From the NCBI GenBank assembly GCA_964540275.1, contig CAZIMB010000001.1, positions 27,210 through 91,209 of the forward strand: a stretch of 64,000 nucleotides of DNA, given 5' to 3'. The stretch's first letter is position 1, and the number at the start of each line of letters is the position of its first letter. The position numbers were made by a program, and so were the translations under genes. Under the pieces are notes generated by a model, which saw only the letters and a list, made by a program, of their open reading frames with translations, searched no databases and was not told the origin of the DNA. This document shows, piece after piece, positions 18,706 to 30,400 of the stretch. Source of the stretch: an uncultured Nitrospirota bacterium. GTDB taxonomy: Bacteria > Nitrospirota > Thermodesulfovibrionia > Thermodesulfovibrionales > Dissulfurispiraceae.

Positions 18706-19247
18706 AACGTATTGTTTGTTAAATTATATCCTTTTATAATCAACTCCTTATTTATATCGAGATAACTCTTCCTGTGAGATGGTGTTATAAATTCAATAGC
18801 CTTTAGAATTGTTTCAACAGTAAAAATTTTTGTAACAGCAGTAAAAGCACCTGCCATAACCATATTTGCAAGGTTTACATTCTTAAAAGAAGAGGCAATA
18901 TCAGTTGCTGGGACAGGTATAGCCTTAATATCTTTTCTAATATCCTTAACAGATACAAGGGAAGAGTTATATATCAATAAACCATCCTCAATAATCCGTT
19001 CAGAAAAACGATTATAAGAGGCTAAATTCATAACTATCAATATATCAGGATTTCTAACAACAGGTGATCCTATCATTTCATCCGAGATTATAACTGTACA
19101 ATTTGCTGTACCACCTCTCATTTCAGCGCCATAAGAGGGAAACCATGTAACCTCCTTATCAGCAAACATGCCAGAATAGGCTAAAAGACTACCCAAAAAC
19201 AATATACCCTGTCCACCTGATCCAGCTATAATAATTTTATATTCCAT
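18702..19247 (-). CDS. 2-oxoacid:ferredoxin oxidoreductase, gamma subunit
   Basis: IIIAGSGGQGILFLG...WFPSYGAEMRGG are hallmarks of the gamma subunit; 181 aa. Confidence 0.88.
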   Translation of the reverse strand: MEYKIIIAGSGGQGILFLGSLLAYSGMFADKEVTWFPSYGAEMRGGTANCTVIISDEMIGSPVVRNPDILIVMNLASYNRFSERIIEDGLLIYNSSLVSVKDIRKDIKAIPVPATDIASSFKNVNLANMVMAGAFTAVTKIFTVETILKAIEFITPSHRKSYLDINKELIIKGYNLTNNTL

Positions 19248-19990
19248 TAATTTGAAAATTTGTCCTTTAAAATACCTAATTTATATGTCTTCATCATGTT
19301 TTCATGCATCCATTCAATTGCCTTTTCAGGGGTCATCCACCAATCGGTAGGACAGGGTGAGAGAATTTCAACCATACTAAATCCCTTTTCCTCTATCTGG
19401 TATAGAAATGCCTTTTTAATATAACCTTTTGTAATAATCAAATTTTTTGAAGAATCAACAGAACCACGAGCTATAAAAGATACACCCTCAATATTTGAAA
19501 GCAGTTCAGATACATGTAAAGGATAACCTGTGATGCTGATATCACGACCTGATTGTGTTGTTGTAGTTTTTTGGTTGGGTAGGGTAGTAGGAGCCATTTG
19601 TCCACCTGTCATTCCATAGGTAGCATTATTTACAAAAAAAACAGTAATATTCTCTCCTCTATTGGCTGCATGAATAATCTCTGCTGTACCAATAGCAGCA
19701 AGATCACCATCTCCTTGGTATGAAAAAACAATAGTATCCTTCTGAACTCTTTTTATCCCAGTTGCTACAGCTGGAGGTCTGCCATGTGCTACCTCTATCA
19801 TATCAAAATCAAAATAGTCATATGCGAAGACAGCGCATCCTACAGGAGCTATCCCTACAACCCTTTTCTGTATATAAAGCTCATCAATAACCTCAGCAAT
19901 TAATCTATGAATAAGGCTGTGTCCACAGCCGGGACAATAACGAAAGGGCGTATTTTTAAGACTCTTTGGTCTTTCAAAAACTTTATTCAT
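19247..19990 (-). CDS. 2-oxoacid:ferredoxin oxidoreductase, beta (TPP-binding) subunit
   Basis: YCPGCGH near the N-terminus, TPP motif YQGDGDLAAIG...NNATYGMTGGQ; 247 aa. Confidence 0.88.
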   Translation of the reverse strand: MNKVFERPKSLKNTPFRYCPGCGHSLIHRLIAEVIDELYIQKRVVGIAPVGCAVFAYDYFDFDMIEVAHGRPPAVATGIKRVQKDTIVFSYQGDGDLAAIGTAEIIHAANRGENITVFFVNNATYGMTGGQMAPTTLPNQKTTTTQSGRDISITGYPLHVSELLSNIEGVSFIARGSVDSSKNLIITKGYIKKAFLYQIEEKGFSMVEILSPCPTDWWMTPEKAIEWMHENMMKTYKLGILKDKFSN

Positions 19991-20058
19991 AAATATATTA
20001 TATAAAATTATAGATTAATTTTTGCATTTTTAATTTAATGTTAAAGAGGGTAGGGTGA

Positions 20059-21750
20059 TTACTGTCCAGAGCCTTTTATTATCATGGTTATTTCATCAAT
20101 AGCATTATTGATATCTAATCTCTTTATTTCCTTTGTTCTGCGATATTTAAATTCAATAACATTATCCTTTAATGCCTTTTCACCAATAATTACCTGATAT
20201 GGAATACCTATTAGATCAGCATCCTTAAACTTAACCCCTGGTCTTTCATCTCTATCATCTATTAATGATTCTATGTTCATTATTGCTAAATTTTTATATA
20301 AAGATAAAGCTACTTCCATAATCTTTTTATCATTGATATTTAAAGGTATTATTTCTAAATCAAATGGTGATATTGATTTAGGCCATATTATGCCATCCTT
20401 ATCAAAATTTTGTTCAATTGCCGCTGCTGCAATTCTAGCTGGTCCAATTCCATAACTTCCCATAATAATGGGCATTTCTCTCCCCTTTCTGTCAAGATAG
20501 TAGGCATTTAATGGGACAGAATACTTGGTCCCTAGCATAAAAATATTCCCAACTTCAATGGCTTTTTCTATTTTTATTAAACTATTACATTCAGGACATC
20601 TATCCCCTTCCTTTGCAACATGTATATCATTCCATTCGGCTTTAAAATTTATATCAGGTTTAACTCCCATAACGTGGTAATCTGGTTTATTTGCGCCAGT
20701 TATAAATGTTCCCTTTTTTAATGATCTATCTGCAATAATTCTTATATTATGACCCATAGGACCTATATAGCCAGCTTCCACATTTAGTATTTTTAAAACC
20801 TCTTCTTTAAATGCCTGTCTAAAACTACCTATAATCCTTGCCATTTTCTTTTCATGGAGTTCCTGATCGCCACGGAGCAAAGCCAATACATATCCTTCAT
20901 TGCATGAAAGTAAAAGACTTTTAATAAAATACGATGGAGCAATGTTTAAATACTCTGATACCTCCTGAACACTCTTTTTACCAGGAGTATAAACCTCTTT
21001 ATAATCCCACAAGGGATCCTCTACCTCTGGAGATATTGAATTTGCAACCTCAATATTAGCTGCATAACCACATTGATTGCAAAGTATTATTTCATCTTCT
21101 CCAGCAGGGCTTGGTGCCATAAATTCATGAGAGACAGCACCTCCCATCATTCCAGGGTCAGATTTAACCTGATAAAATTTTAAACCACACCTATTAAATA
21201 TTCTATGATAGGCCTCTGCATGAAGTTTATAACTTTTTTCTAATCCCTTTTCATCAGCATCAAAACTATAACTATCCTTCATTATGAATTCTCTTGTCCT
21301 TAGAATACCACTTTTAGGCCTTGCCTCATCCCTTAATTTTGTCTGGATTTGATACCATATCTGTGGCAACTGTCTATATGACCTGATCTCTTTAGAGGCT
21401 AGCCAACACATAATCTCTTCATGTGTCATTCCTAAACACATGTCTCTATTGGTTCTATCTTTTAAACGAAACATCTCATCTTTTATCTCATACCAACGAC
21501 CTGTTTTTTGCCAAATCTCTGCAGGATGAAGAATAGGCATAGATATTTCCTGGGCTCCTATAGACTCCATTTCTTCTTTAAGTATTTTATTTATTCTATT
21601 TAAAACCCTCCAGCCAAGTGGAAGAAATATATAAAGTCCTGAAGCAAGCTGTCTGATATAACCAGCTCTAAGCATAAGTTTATGACTAACTGACTCTGCC
21701 TCAGAGGGTATTTCACGCATCGTAGGAATAAACATCTGTGAATATCTCAT
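20059..21750 (-). CDS. proS: Proline--tRNA ligase (bacterial type with editing insertion)
   Basis: 563 aa, MRYSQMFIPTMREIPSEAE...AGYIRQLASGLY...FRDE. Strong SD (GGAGGAG) 8 nt upstream. Confidence 0.93.
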   Translation of the reverse strand: MRYSQMFIPTMREIPSEAESVSHKLMLRAGYIRQLASGLYIFLPLGWRVLNRINKILKEEMESIGAQEISMPILHPAEIWQKTGRWYEIKDEMFRLKDRTNRDMCLGMTHEEIMCWLASKEIRSYRQLPQIWYQIQTKLRDEARPKSGILRTREFIMKDSYSFDADEKGLEKSYKLHAEAYHRIFNRCGLKFYQVKSDPGMMGGAVSHEFMAPSPAGEDEIILCNQCGYAANIEVANSISPEVEDPLWDYKEVYTPGKKSVQEVSEYLNIAPSYFIKSLLLSCNEGYVLALLRGDQELHEKKMARIIGSFRQAFKEEVLKILNVEAGYIGPMGHNIRIIADRSLKKGTFITGANKPDYHVMGVKPDINFKAEWNDIHVAKEGDRCPECNSLIKIEKAIEVGNIFMLGTKYSVPLNAYYLDRKGREMPIIMGSYGIGPARIAAAAIEQNFDKDGIIWPKSISPFDLEIIPLNINDKKIMEVALSLYKNLAIMNIESLIDDRDERPGVKFKDADLIGIPYQVIIGEKALKDNVIEFKYRRTKEIKRLDINNAIDEITMIIKGSGQ

Positions 21751-22004
21751 TTTAAGACTCCTCCAATTTATTTAAAATCAGATAAATATTACCATTTTAA
21801 GATATTAAATAACAATTATATCACTAATAATCATTAAAAAAATTTAACATAATATATCTTATAGGACATAAAAAATATACATTAATTGTTAAAAAATTGT
21901 TACAAAATTAGTTAAATTATCATGCTTTGAATGGTCAGTCTTTATTTTTTTAGTTGGTGTATAACTTGTAAGCAGAATAAAAAAGATTATTTGTTAAGGA
22001 GTTA

Positions 22005-23246
22005 TTAATTTTTTATTAATTTTCCAATGGCAGTCTCTTCTTTGTAACCTGTGATCACAATATCAACTAATGATCCTTCACTTATAGATTTATCTTCTGT
22101 AAGGACCTTTATATAATTAGATGTTGTGCAAAAAATCCCATTTTTATACCTTTTCTCCGACACCGCACTTTGTTTTATCCCTATATTTTTTTTTATATAA
22201 ATAGACCTCTTTATTTTATCAATCTCCTTTAATTCAGCTACCCTTCTCTTTTTTGTAGCATCCTTAACCTTGTCATTTAGATACAAAGCCCTTGTGTTAG
22301 GTCTTTCTGAATATGGGAATATATGTAAATAAGAAAAGGGTAATAGATTTAGTAATGATTTTGTTTGAAAAAACCTATCTTCATCTTCGCCAGGAAAACC
22401 AACAATAATATCAGTGCCAATTGATATATCGGGAAATCTATTTAAAATAGTATCCATTCTCTTAATAAAGTCCCTTGTGGTATATGTTCTATTCATATAT
22501 TTCAATATGTTATCATCACCACTTTGAAGTGGTATATGAAGATGATTACATATCCTTTTGTCTGACATTATTTCAAGCAATTCCTCATCTATTTCATTAA
22601 TCTCAATTGAACTTAATCTGATTCTTGGGATCGAGGTTTTAATTAAAAGCTCCATTATGAGTTTTGAAAGCGTTACCTTAGGTTTTAGATCAAATCCATA
22701 TAAGCCTAAATGGGTTCCAGATAAAACAATCTCCTTATATCCTGATAATGCAAGATTGGTTACCTCCTCAATTACTTTTGAAGGCTCAATACTTTTAGAC
22801 CTTCCCCTTGCTAAAGGTATAGTGCAATAACTACATGAATAATTGCACCCTTCTTGAACTTTCACAATTGGTCTATGTCTGTCATTATTATTAAAAGAGG
22901 TATTTAAATTAAAGGTTAAATTTGATTTAGGTATTATATTGATAATATTAGATTTTTTACTATTAGGGACCATCTCAATATTATATCTTTTAGCAATGTA
23001 ATCAGAATTTAATTCTGAATAACAACCTGTTACTATAACCTTTGACCCCTTTTTTAAGGCTTTATTTATTAATTGTCTTGATTGATAATCGGCCTTCGCT
23101 GTAACAGTGCAAGTATTTATTATGCATATGTCAGGCATTTCAGATATATTAACAATCTTATGGCCTGATTTTATTAAATCCCGCTGGATTTGCATACTTT
23201 CCGCTTGATTGGTTTTACAACCGAGGGTTAATATAGCTATATTCAT
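22005..23246 (-). CDS. mtaB: tRNA t6A37 methylthiotransferase MtaB-type (radical SAM)
   Basis: N-terminal MTTase domain TLGCKTNQAES, radical SAM CNYSCSYC, C-terminal TRAM-like region. Confidence 0.8.
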   Translation of the reverse strand: MNIAILTLGCKTNQAESMQIQRDLIKSGHKIVNISEMPDICIINTCTVTAKADYQSRQLINKALKKGSKVIVTGCYSELNSDYIAKRYNIEMVPNSKKSNIINIIPKSNLTFNLNTSFNNNDRHRPIVKVQEGCNYSCSYCTIPLARGRSKSIEPSKVIEEVTNLALSGYKEIVLSGTHLGLYGFDLKPKVTLSKLIMELLIKTSIPRIRLSSIEINEIDEELLEIMSDKRICNHLHIPLQSGDDNILKYMNRTYTTRDFIKRMDTILNRFPDISIGTDIIVGFPGEDEDRFFQTKSLLNLLPFSYLHIFPYSERPNTRALYLNDKVKDATKKRRVAELKEIDKIKRSIYIKKNIGIKQSAVSEKRYKNGIFCTTSNYIKVLTEDKSISEGSLVDIVITGYKEETAIGKLIKN

Positions 23247-23248
23247 GG

Positions 23249-24544
23249 TTATTTATATTTTTCCCCCTGCAATGAGTGTCTAAAAGATTTTAAAATCTTT
23301 ACATTGATTAGATCTCCTATTTTGATTTCACTATCATATTCAATTGTGATAATTTTATTTTGCCTATTCCTTCCTTTTAGATTATTTCTATCCACACTAT
23401 CAATAAGAACTTCTTGAATAGTCCCTTCCAATAGTTTATTTTTCCTTTCAGTTATCATATTCTGAAGGGCAAGAATCTCATTAAGCCTTTGTGATTTTAT
23501 ATCGCATGGCACCTGACCATCCATTTTTGAGGATTTAGTATTTGGTCTGTTTGAATATTTAAAGGCGTATATACCATCAAATTCTATATCTTTCAGTGCA
23601 TTTAGTGTTTCTTTATGATCTTCATCAGTTTCTTGAGGAAACCCTGCAATAATATCAGAAGTGATTGCAATATTGGGTACCTCTTTTCTTAATTTTTCTA
23701 TTTTCTTCATATAATCGGAATATGTATATTTCCTATTCATAAGGTTTAATATCCTTGTTGAACCAGATTGTAAGGGCAAATGTATATGTTCACAAACCTT
23801 TTCAAGATCCTTTATGGCATATATAACTTCATCTGAAAGATCTTTAGGATGAGATGTCACAAAACGTATTCTTTTTAAAGGATCTATTTTATTAATCTCT
23901 TTAAGGAGTTGTGGAAAATTAATGTCGCTATGGTATGAATTGACATTTTGTCCCAATAGGATTACTTCTTTGCAACCAGCTTTTGTTAATTCCTTTATCT
24001 CCTTTATTATACTTACACTGTTTCTACTTATTTCGCTGCCCCTTGTATAAGGAACAACACAATAACTGCAAAAATTATTACATCCATACATTATGTTTAC
24101 CCAGGCTTTAACCTTATCTTTTCTTTCAATAGGGAGTTCAATGTTTGCAATTTCTTGATTTTTGGCAATAAAAACCTTAGCATCATTAGATTCAATGATT
24201 TTGTTCAAAAAGGGTATATTCTGGGGACCTATAATGAAATCTACATAAGGAGCTCTTTTCAGTATCTTTTCTCCCTCTTGTTGGGCGATACAGCCTGTTA
24301 CAACTATTTTTAGAGAGGGTTTTCTTTTTTTTAATGATTTAATTCGGCCAAGCTGACTGAAGAATTTTTGCTCTGCCTTCTCCCTGATACTACAGGTATT
24401 GAATACAATAATATCAGCATCTTTTGTGTCTTTAGATTCCTCATAGCCCTTTGACTTTAAAATACCTGCAATTTTTTCTGAATCATGAAAATTCATCTGA
24501 CAACCAAATGTCCGAATCTCCATGGCCTTACCTTTTTTTTCCAT
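23249..24544 (-). CDS. miaB: tRNA i6A37 methylthiotransferase MiaB (radical SAM)
   Basis: IRTFGCQMNFHDSE, radical SAM CNNFCSYCVVP, TRAM domain at the C-terminus. An alternative start lies at 24523 (MEIRTFGC). Confidence 0.85.
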   Translation of the reverse strand: MEKKGKAMEIRTFGCQMNFHDSEKIAGILKSKGYEESKDTKDADIIVFNTCSIREKAEQKFFSQLGRIKSLKKRKPSLKIVVTGCIAQQEGEKILKRAPYVDFIIGPQNIPFLNKIIESNDAKVFIAKNQEIANIELPIERKDKVKAWVNIMYGCNNFCSYCVVPYTRGSEISRNSVSIIKEIKELTKAGCKEVILLGQNVNSYHSDINFPQLLKEINKIDPLKRIRFVTSHPKDLSDEVIYAIKDLEKVCEHIHLPLQSGSTRILNLMNRKYTYSDYMKKIEKLRKEVPNIAITSDIIAGFPQETDEDHKETLNALKDIEFDGIYAFKYSNRPNTKSSKMDGQVPCDIKSQRLNEILALQNMITERKNKLLEGTIQEVLIDSVDRNNLKGRNRQNKIITIEYDSEIKIGDLINVKILKSFRHSLQGEKYK

Positions 24545-24633
24545 TGTAACTACCCCATTTTACAGTATAAAGATAAATCTTGACATTATTAATAATAACC
24601 TTAATAATTCTTTTTTCTCAACAACTTCAACTC

Positions 24634-24688
24634 CAGAGTAGGTATCCAAAATTTCGTGATGGTGCATGAGATTTAATTAAGGCAAGTG
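24634..24688 (+). repeat. Intergenic repeat element, copy E (short, internally deleted, most diverged)
   Basis: CAGAGTAGGTATCC..AATTTCGTGA..GCATGAG.ATTTAATTAAGGCAAGTG. It shares CAGAGTAGRTATC with copy D, and the TTCGT / CATG / TTAATTAAGG blocks with copies A-C. Confidence 0.4.
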
Positions 24689-24710
24689 TTTTTTATGTGC
24701 ACTTTATTTA

Positions 24711-27482
24711 CTACTTAATTCTTATTCCACAGATATATTGAAAATTACAATACTTGCATTTATTTGTATCATTCGTTGCAATGAAGGGTTTTTCAGGTGA
24801 TGCTATCTCTTTTAAAACCTCAAGTATAATTTCTTTAATGATATTAAAATTATCATAGCAAGCTTGTCCAGTCTCTTCAAATATATAATTAATAGTTTCA
24901 TTAATATCAACTTTAAAGTTTTGTTGGCTTAAATCTATATATGAGGCATTAACTGAGGATAAATCAAGATTTTCTGACTCTAAAAACAAGATCATATATA
25001 TAGGCAGTTGAAAACTTGGTATGACCTTTTCCCATGTTGTCCTATCAGTTAGGGAAAGTTTGTCAAATCTTATTTTACTACGTCCAGAAGAGCCTGTTTT
25101 ATAATCCATAATAAGGTAAGTATTCCCTATTTTATCAATCCTGTCTATTTTACCTCTTAATATAAACCCATGCCATTGGCATCTTTTTTCTATCTCCAGA
25201 TCCTCAATTATTATATCTGTTTTATCTGACCTATATTGCTCAAATCTAATATAATCAATAAGATGTTTTTTAATCTGGTAATATAACAAATAGTACTTAC
25301 CACGTAAGGGTTTTCCAAAGTTCTGCTCAGCGATCTTTTTTATTTCCTTGTCAAGGGAAATTTCAAAACCAGCCCTGATTTTTATCCTTTTTCCTTTGAA
25401 TGGTTCAAAAAAGTTCTTCAATACCTGATGGACAATGCTACCAATTATATTTGTCTCTATATCCTCACTTAACCCTTCACTTGGTTTGAGATTTAATACG
25501 TATTGGTAATAATATGCATGCCCACATTTAAAATATAAATCAATAGCAGAGGGGCTATATTCAAATCCCTTTAAAAATTCAACTACTTCCTCTGTTTTTT
25601 GAATAGGATCTTGCTTTTTTTTATGTAATTGAATCCTATAATTTATTCTTAAGATACTGCCATTGTCTTCCAGATTTTTATTAATCTTTTGTTTTTCCCA
25701 AAGTATCCTTTCTATAAATCTGCTACGGAGATTTTTATTATTTTCTTTATAAAAAAGATGCACCTCCTTTGCTTTAGCAAGTAATGTGAAAAAATAATAC
25801 TCCCAGATCTTTTCCCTTTCCTTATATGTTGTAATACCAATGCTTTTCCTAACCCCTGTTGGAAGTATGTTGTCATCTTCTTCAATTTGTGGAAGTATTC
25901 CTTCATTGCAATCTAAGAAAAACAATCTCTCAAAGGATAGGCATCTAGTCTCAAGAAAACCAAGTATTTGCAAGCCTTTAAGTGGGGTACCTGGAAAGGG
26001 AACTGATTCAAGTTTCACGAGATGTTTAAGGAAATTAAAATAGCTTCCAATGTGCTGAAATTTAAGATTTAATAAGCCAATCTCCTTCACATTCTCCAAT
26101 AATTCTATAAATTTATCATAGAAAGGTATAAATAAGGGGTGTTTTTTTGCTGTTGTTTCTTTTTCAATAAAGTTGACAGTAGAAATAACCTTATTTGCAA
26201 AGTCTCTGATATCAAAGATATTCAAATAGGGTCTGATCAGTTTATCATTTATATATCTAAGATGTTCAGCTTTTTCTCCATCTATTGAATTCTCTAGCTC
26301 ATTTAAAGATAAAAAAGGGGTAATCAACCTTTTTTCAAGCCAATGCACGAGGATTCTTGTTTTCTCTGAAGACCCCTCCCATTGAATATTTTTTGTATAA
26401 GGATGGAGCAAAAGGTTAATATAATCAGGCATATAAAAGGCTTCATTATCCCTGGTGATCAATAATTGCATAAGATTTGACAAAAAACCAAAGATGGGTG
26501 TTCTTATCAAGGGATATCCAAGCGATACATTGTATTCTACATCATTTAGATTTGATAAGAAGAAATTCCCCAAGGGAAACAATATATCTGGTTCAGGAAT
26601 AACAAAACAGGTCCTTTCATCGAGATTTAAATTTTTTTCTTTAATTATTCTGTTAATTGTAAAAACCTCACCATGAGTATCTGGAGATTGATAAATATTT
26701 ATGTTTTCAGGGATTTTAATAGTAAGTTTTCTATCCTCTATATTCTCATCAATGCCTTTCAATGCCTCATATATAAATGGACCTTCCTGAACTATTAGAA
26801 TGTTTTTATAATTTTTAAAAATTTGTTTAAAAATAATCCTTTCAGAGACTGTAAGCCCAAAGAAGCCTGCAAAAATATAATTTTTCATATCTTCAAGGCA
26901 TTTGACCTCTTTGGAAACCGTCTCATATCTCATCGCTCTTGTAGATAATCCATGATGTAAAATTTCTTCCTTATAAATATTTATAAACTCATTTAAATTT
27001 GCTGTGATGCCAAGGTTCAAATGAATATCTGAGTTTTCTATAACATCATAGACAATATTTGTTATGTTTATTAAATTCTCTATACTTACCTGTTCAATAA
27101 TTAGCTCCTCAAAAAGCCTAAAAAGCCTTACACCAAGAGGAAAAAAAAGATCAAGGCTTGGTTCTTTTAGATAAATTCCCTTGATCTTTCCTTCCCTAAC
27201 TATTTTATAAATTATACCTACACATTCTAAATACCCAGCTTTTTTATGGGTTAGTCTCAATTTTTCTTCATAAACATGGTCAATAAATTCATCCATAGAA
27301 AAAATTCGTGGGGGGATATAAGATTTTCCAATTTTTTCAAAGAGATATTTTCTTAAGAAGTGGGCAGGTCGTTTGTTGGGAAAGACAACCCTGTATGAGG
27401 AATAATCATGATTTGTAACTTCAAAAAAATTTATTACTTCATTAATGATATCCTTTTCAATAGGAATAATTTTTATATTCAC
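24711..27482 (-). CDS. addB: AddB-like PD-(D/E)XK nuclease subunit of a helicase-nuclease complex
   Basis: 923 aa. C-terminal nuclease motif GKIDRIDKIGNTYLIMDYKTG and terminal Cys cluster CKYCNFQYIC (Fe-S staple). No Walker A is visible in the N-terminus. 4-nt overlap with the upstream UvrD-like gene. Confidence 0.7.
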   Translation of the reverse strand: MNIKIIPIEKDIINEVINFFEVTNHDYSSYRVVFPNKRPAHFLRKYLFEKIGKSYIPPRIFSMDEFIDHVYEEKLRLTHKKAGYLECVGIIYKIVREGKIKGIYLKEPSLDLFFPLGVRLFRLFEELIIEQVSIENLINITNIVYDVIENSDIHLNLGITANLNEFINIYKEEILHHGLSTRAMRYETVSKEVKCLEDMKNYIFAGFFGLTVSERIIFKQIFKNYKNILIVQEGPFIYEALKGIDENIEDRKLTIKIPENINIYQSPDTHGEVFTINRIIKEKNLNLDERTCFVIPEPDILFPLGNFFLSNLNDVEYNVSLGYPLIRTPIFGFLSNLMQLLITRDNEAFYMPDYINLLLHPYTKNIQWEGSSEKTRILVHWLEKRLITPFLSLNELENSIDGEKAEHLRYINDKLIRPYLNIFDIRDFANKVISTVNFIEKETTAKKHPLFIPFYDKFIELLENVKEIGLLNLKFQHIGSYFNFLKHLVKLESVPFPGTPLKGLQILGFLETRCLSFERLFFLDCNEGILPQIEEDDNILPTGVRKSIGITTYKEREKIWEYYFFTLLAKAKEVHLFYKENNKNLRSRFIERILWEKQKINKNLEDNGSILRINYRIQLHKKKQDPIQKTEEVVEFLKGFEYSPSAIDLYFKCGHAYYYQYVLNLKPSEGLSEDIETNIIGSIVHQVLKNFFEPFKGKRIKIRAGFEISLDKEIKKIAEQNFGKPLRGKYYLLYYQIKKHLIDYIRFEQYRSDKTDIIIEDLEIEKRCQWHGFILRGKIDRIDKIGNTYLIMDYKTGSSGRSKIRFDKLSLTDRTTWEKVIPSFQLPIYMILFLESENLDLSSVNASYIDLSQQNFKVDINETINYIFEETGQACYDNFNIIKEIILEVLKEIASPEKPFIATNDTNKCKYCNFQYICGIRIK

Positions 27483-30400
27483 AATAAAACCTCAGAAACC
27501 TCCTGACTATCAAAATAGATAATAAAACCCCTTATATCTTTATCAATCCAGATATCCTTAGCAACCTCAAGATATTCTTTTAACTGTCTGAGATAATGCT
27601 CATTCCTCTCTTCACCTGTCTTAAAATCTACAACTATGACCTCTCTTTTATCAATTATCAATCTATCAAACCTTAAAAGATCTCCCCTTTTATTAACAAA
27701 CTCAAGCTCATTGAAGACCTCTCTATCGTCCCTTTTTTTAAAAAATTGTAATATTTCGGGCCTTTTAATAAAATTAATTATTTCATCTGCCTTTATATCA
27801 AAATCAAAGGGATTGAGTTTTTTGAGTCTTTCTATTTCCTCTTTTATAATGCTTGCGGTATTGTTATCATAGAATTTTATAGACTTTAAAACTGCATGAA
27901 TAAGATCACCCCTCTTAGTCTCTTTAGTATTAATGTAACGTTGGTATTCTAAAAGGTATCTCGGTTCATTATTAGATTTAATATATAGGGGCATTATTTC
28001 AACGCTTTTTTTATCGTCATCTTTAAGTTTACTTTTTTCTCCCATTTCCTTGACCTCGAAGGGGATAAGTGTTAAAGGAAAGCTTAATTTCTTATTTTTT
28101 TTAATCCCAATTACATAGAGCTCATTTTTTGCCCTTGTCAGACAAACATACAATGAATTTAAGGCATTAGCTTTATTAAAATCCTTTTTTTCCTTATACC
28201 ATTTTTTTAATAAGTCAGCTTTTTCTGAGAGATTGGCTGTAATTTTTACAAGTCTCTTTTCACCTTCTCTTGGAATCCAAAGGGAGTCATTTTTTGATGA
28301 ATCCTCATAAATCAATGCTATTACAGCTGGAAAACCAAGCCCCTTTGATTTATGTATGGTCATTATTTTAATAGCATCTAAATTTTCAGGAAACCTTATA
28401 TCCCATATATCCTCCTCACTTTCTTCTATCTCTTTTAAAAAGGCGGTCAGATTATTAAACTGATTGCCTTCAAAATCCTTTATAACCTCAAGAAGTCTTA
28501 TAAGACTAGCCGCATCTTCAGGAAAGTATTCCAAAAGATTAAAGGTCTGGTAAATATTACAGATAAGATCATAAATAGGTAGATAGCCAACGCGGGAAAA
28601 AATATCCTCAAAAAAATTATTCCATATATCCCCGAATTCTCTTCTGAAAGCAACATATAAATGAGATTCTTCTCTATTTTGAAAGAGAAAATTTCTTATC
28701 TGGGAAATGCTAATACCGCTATTTTTTAAAAATATCTCAGATTGTAAAAAAGCTACAAAATCAATGTTTGACAGTGGAGAGTTCAGAAAAGAGAGTAGAG
28801 AAATAATATCTATAATAATAGGTCTCTTTCTAATATCAAGGCTTGAATAGGATATGGCTGGTATGTTATTTGACACAAGCCATTGAGCAACCTCAACAAC
28901 ATCATTATTTTTTTTTGTTAAAATTGCTATATCCTTATAAGTGAAATTTCTACTGAGAAGGTCAGAAATTATCTCTCTTAATTTAAGAAATATTGAATCC
29001 TTTAAATCACTTTCATCATTTTTTTCAATTAATTCACAATAAACATAACCTGAATTATTATTTTCTCTTGGTTTCTGATTATAGGTAGTGTGACCTATCT
29101 TTTTGCCTATTTCACCAAACTCATCATCAAGGTATAAATTCTTTTTAAAAACCTTCTCATTAAATTCTAATATATTACGGCAGCTTCTAAAATTTTCATC
29201 AAGTTCATAAACAAGGGTATTGGTTGAGTCAAAGGTCTCTTTTAAATCAATAAGTCCTTTCATTATTAGCCAATCTGCATTTCTGAAGCCATAGATTGCC
29301 TGTTTTGTATCTCCTACTATCAAAACACTTCCACCATTTGAAAGGGCGTTTTCTAGGAGTGGTTTTAAACATTGCCATTGTATAGGTGAAGTATCCTGAA
29401 ATTCATCAATAAAATAGTGATATACAGTTTCACCTAAGAGAAAATAGATTTCAGGTGGATTATCTTTTGTTATCCTATCAGAGAGTAATTTGTTTATGTC
29501 TTCAATAAAGATAACAGATTCCTTAATTTTTTCATCTTCCAATAATTTTTTAAAATCATTGAATAAGGATACAAACTTTGTATAATAATTTCTCGAATAT
29601 GCTAAAGAAAATTCGCCTATATAAGATACAAGCTCTTTCCACTCCCTTTCTACTTCTTCGTATTCATGACACTTATTTTTATGCTTATTAACTGGACATA
29701 GTTTTACTGGTAAAGTAATTAAATCATTCCAGTTTTCATTTTCAATAATTTTTTTTAATTTTAAAAAACCACTTCTTGGACTTCTGACCAAACCATAAGA
29801 GTCTATCAATCTATCTATTTTTTGATACCTTTCCCTGATATTTTTGATTATTTCATTGGTATCTTTTATATCTTCGTAAAGCTCTATACCTGTTGAGGTT
29901 ATTAGTTTATAAATCTCAAGGAAATATTTTGTAATCTCATTTTTTATATCCCACTTAAAAAAGCCTGAACTTGTTGAATTTGAAATAATCTCCTCAATGG
30001 TATCTAAAATCCTGTCATCAATACTTTTATCTACAATCCTCTGATTAAGAAAGATATCAAAGGATCTCTTTAAAAACCTCTCATTGTTCATTAAAATATC
30101 AAAATCTCCATAATAACCAAAATCAAGGGCACAGCTTGAAAAAATAGAGGCAGTGAAGCTATCTATTGTTTTGATCTGCAGGTCATTATAATGAACAAGT
30201 ATCTGTGAAAGGAGGCCATTAGCCAGAGAAGAGATTTTTTTACTATCAAAAATATTCTTTTTTTTGAAAATTGTATCATTAACATTTTCTAATGTGTCAG
30301 AAAAAAGTTCAATAGTTTTAGAATCTTCTAAAGCGAGTCCTTTCAGCCATAACAATGTTCTTTCTTTCATCTCCTTAGTTGCCATGTTTGAAAAGGTGAT

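Noticed and set aside
21751-22004. The 254-bp region upstream of proS, checked for a T-box leader or attenuator. The other large spacers (712-1045, 51258-51608) were checked for riboswitch-like GC-rich structure.
   Set aside because: The sequences are uniformly AT-rich, with no specifier or T-box-like conserved segment and no stable GC-containing helices. They are most simply promoter regions. The 712-1045 spacer is explained by the repeat element.
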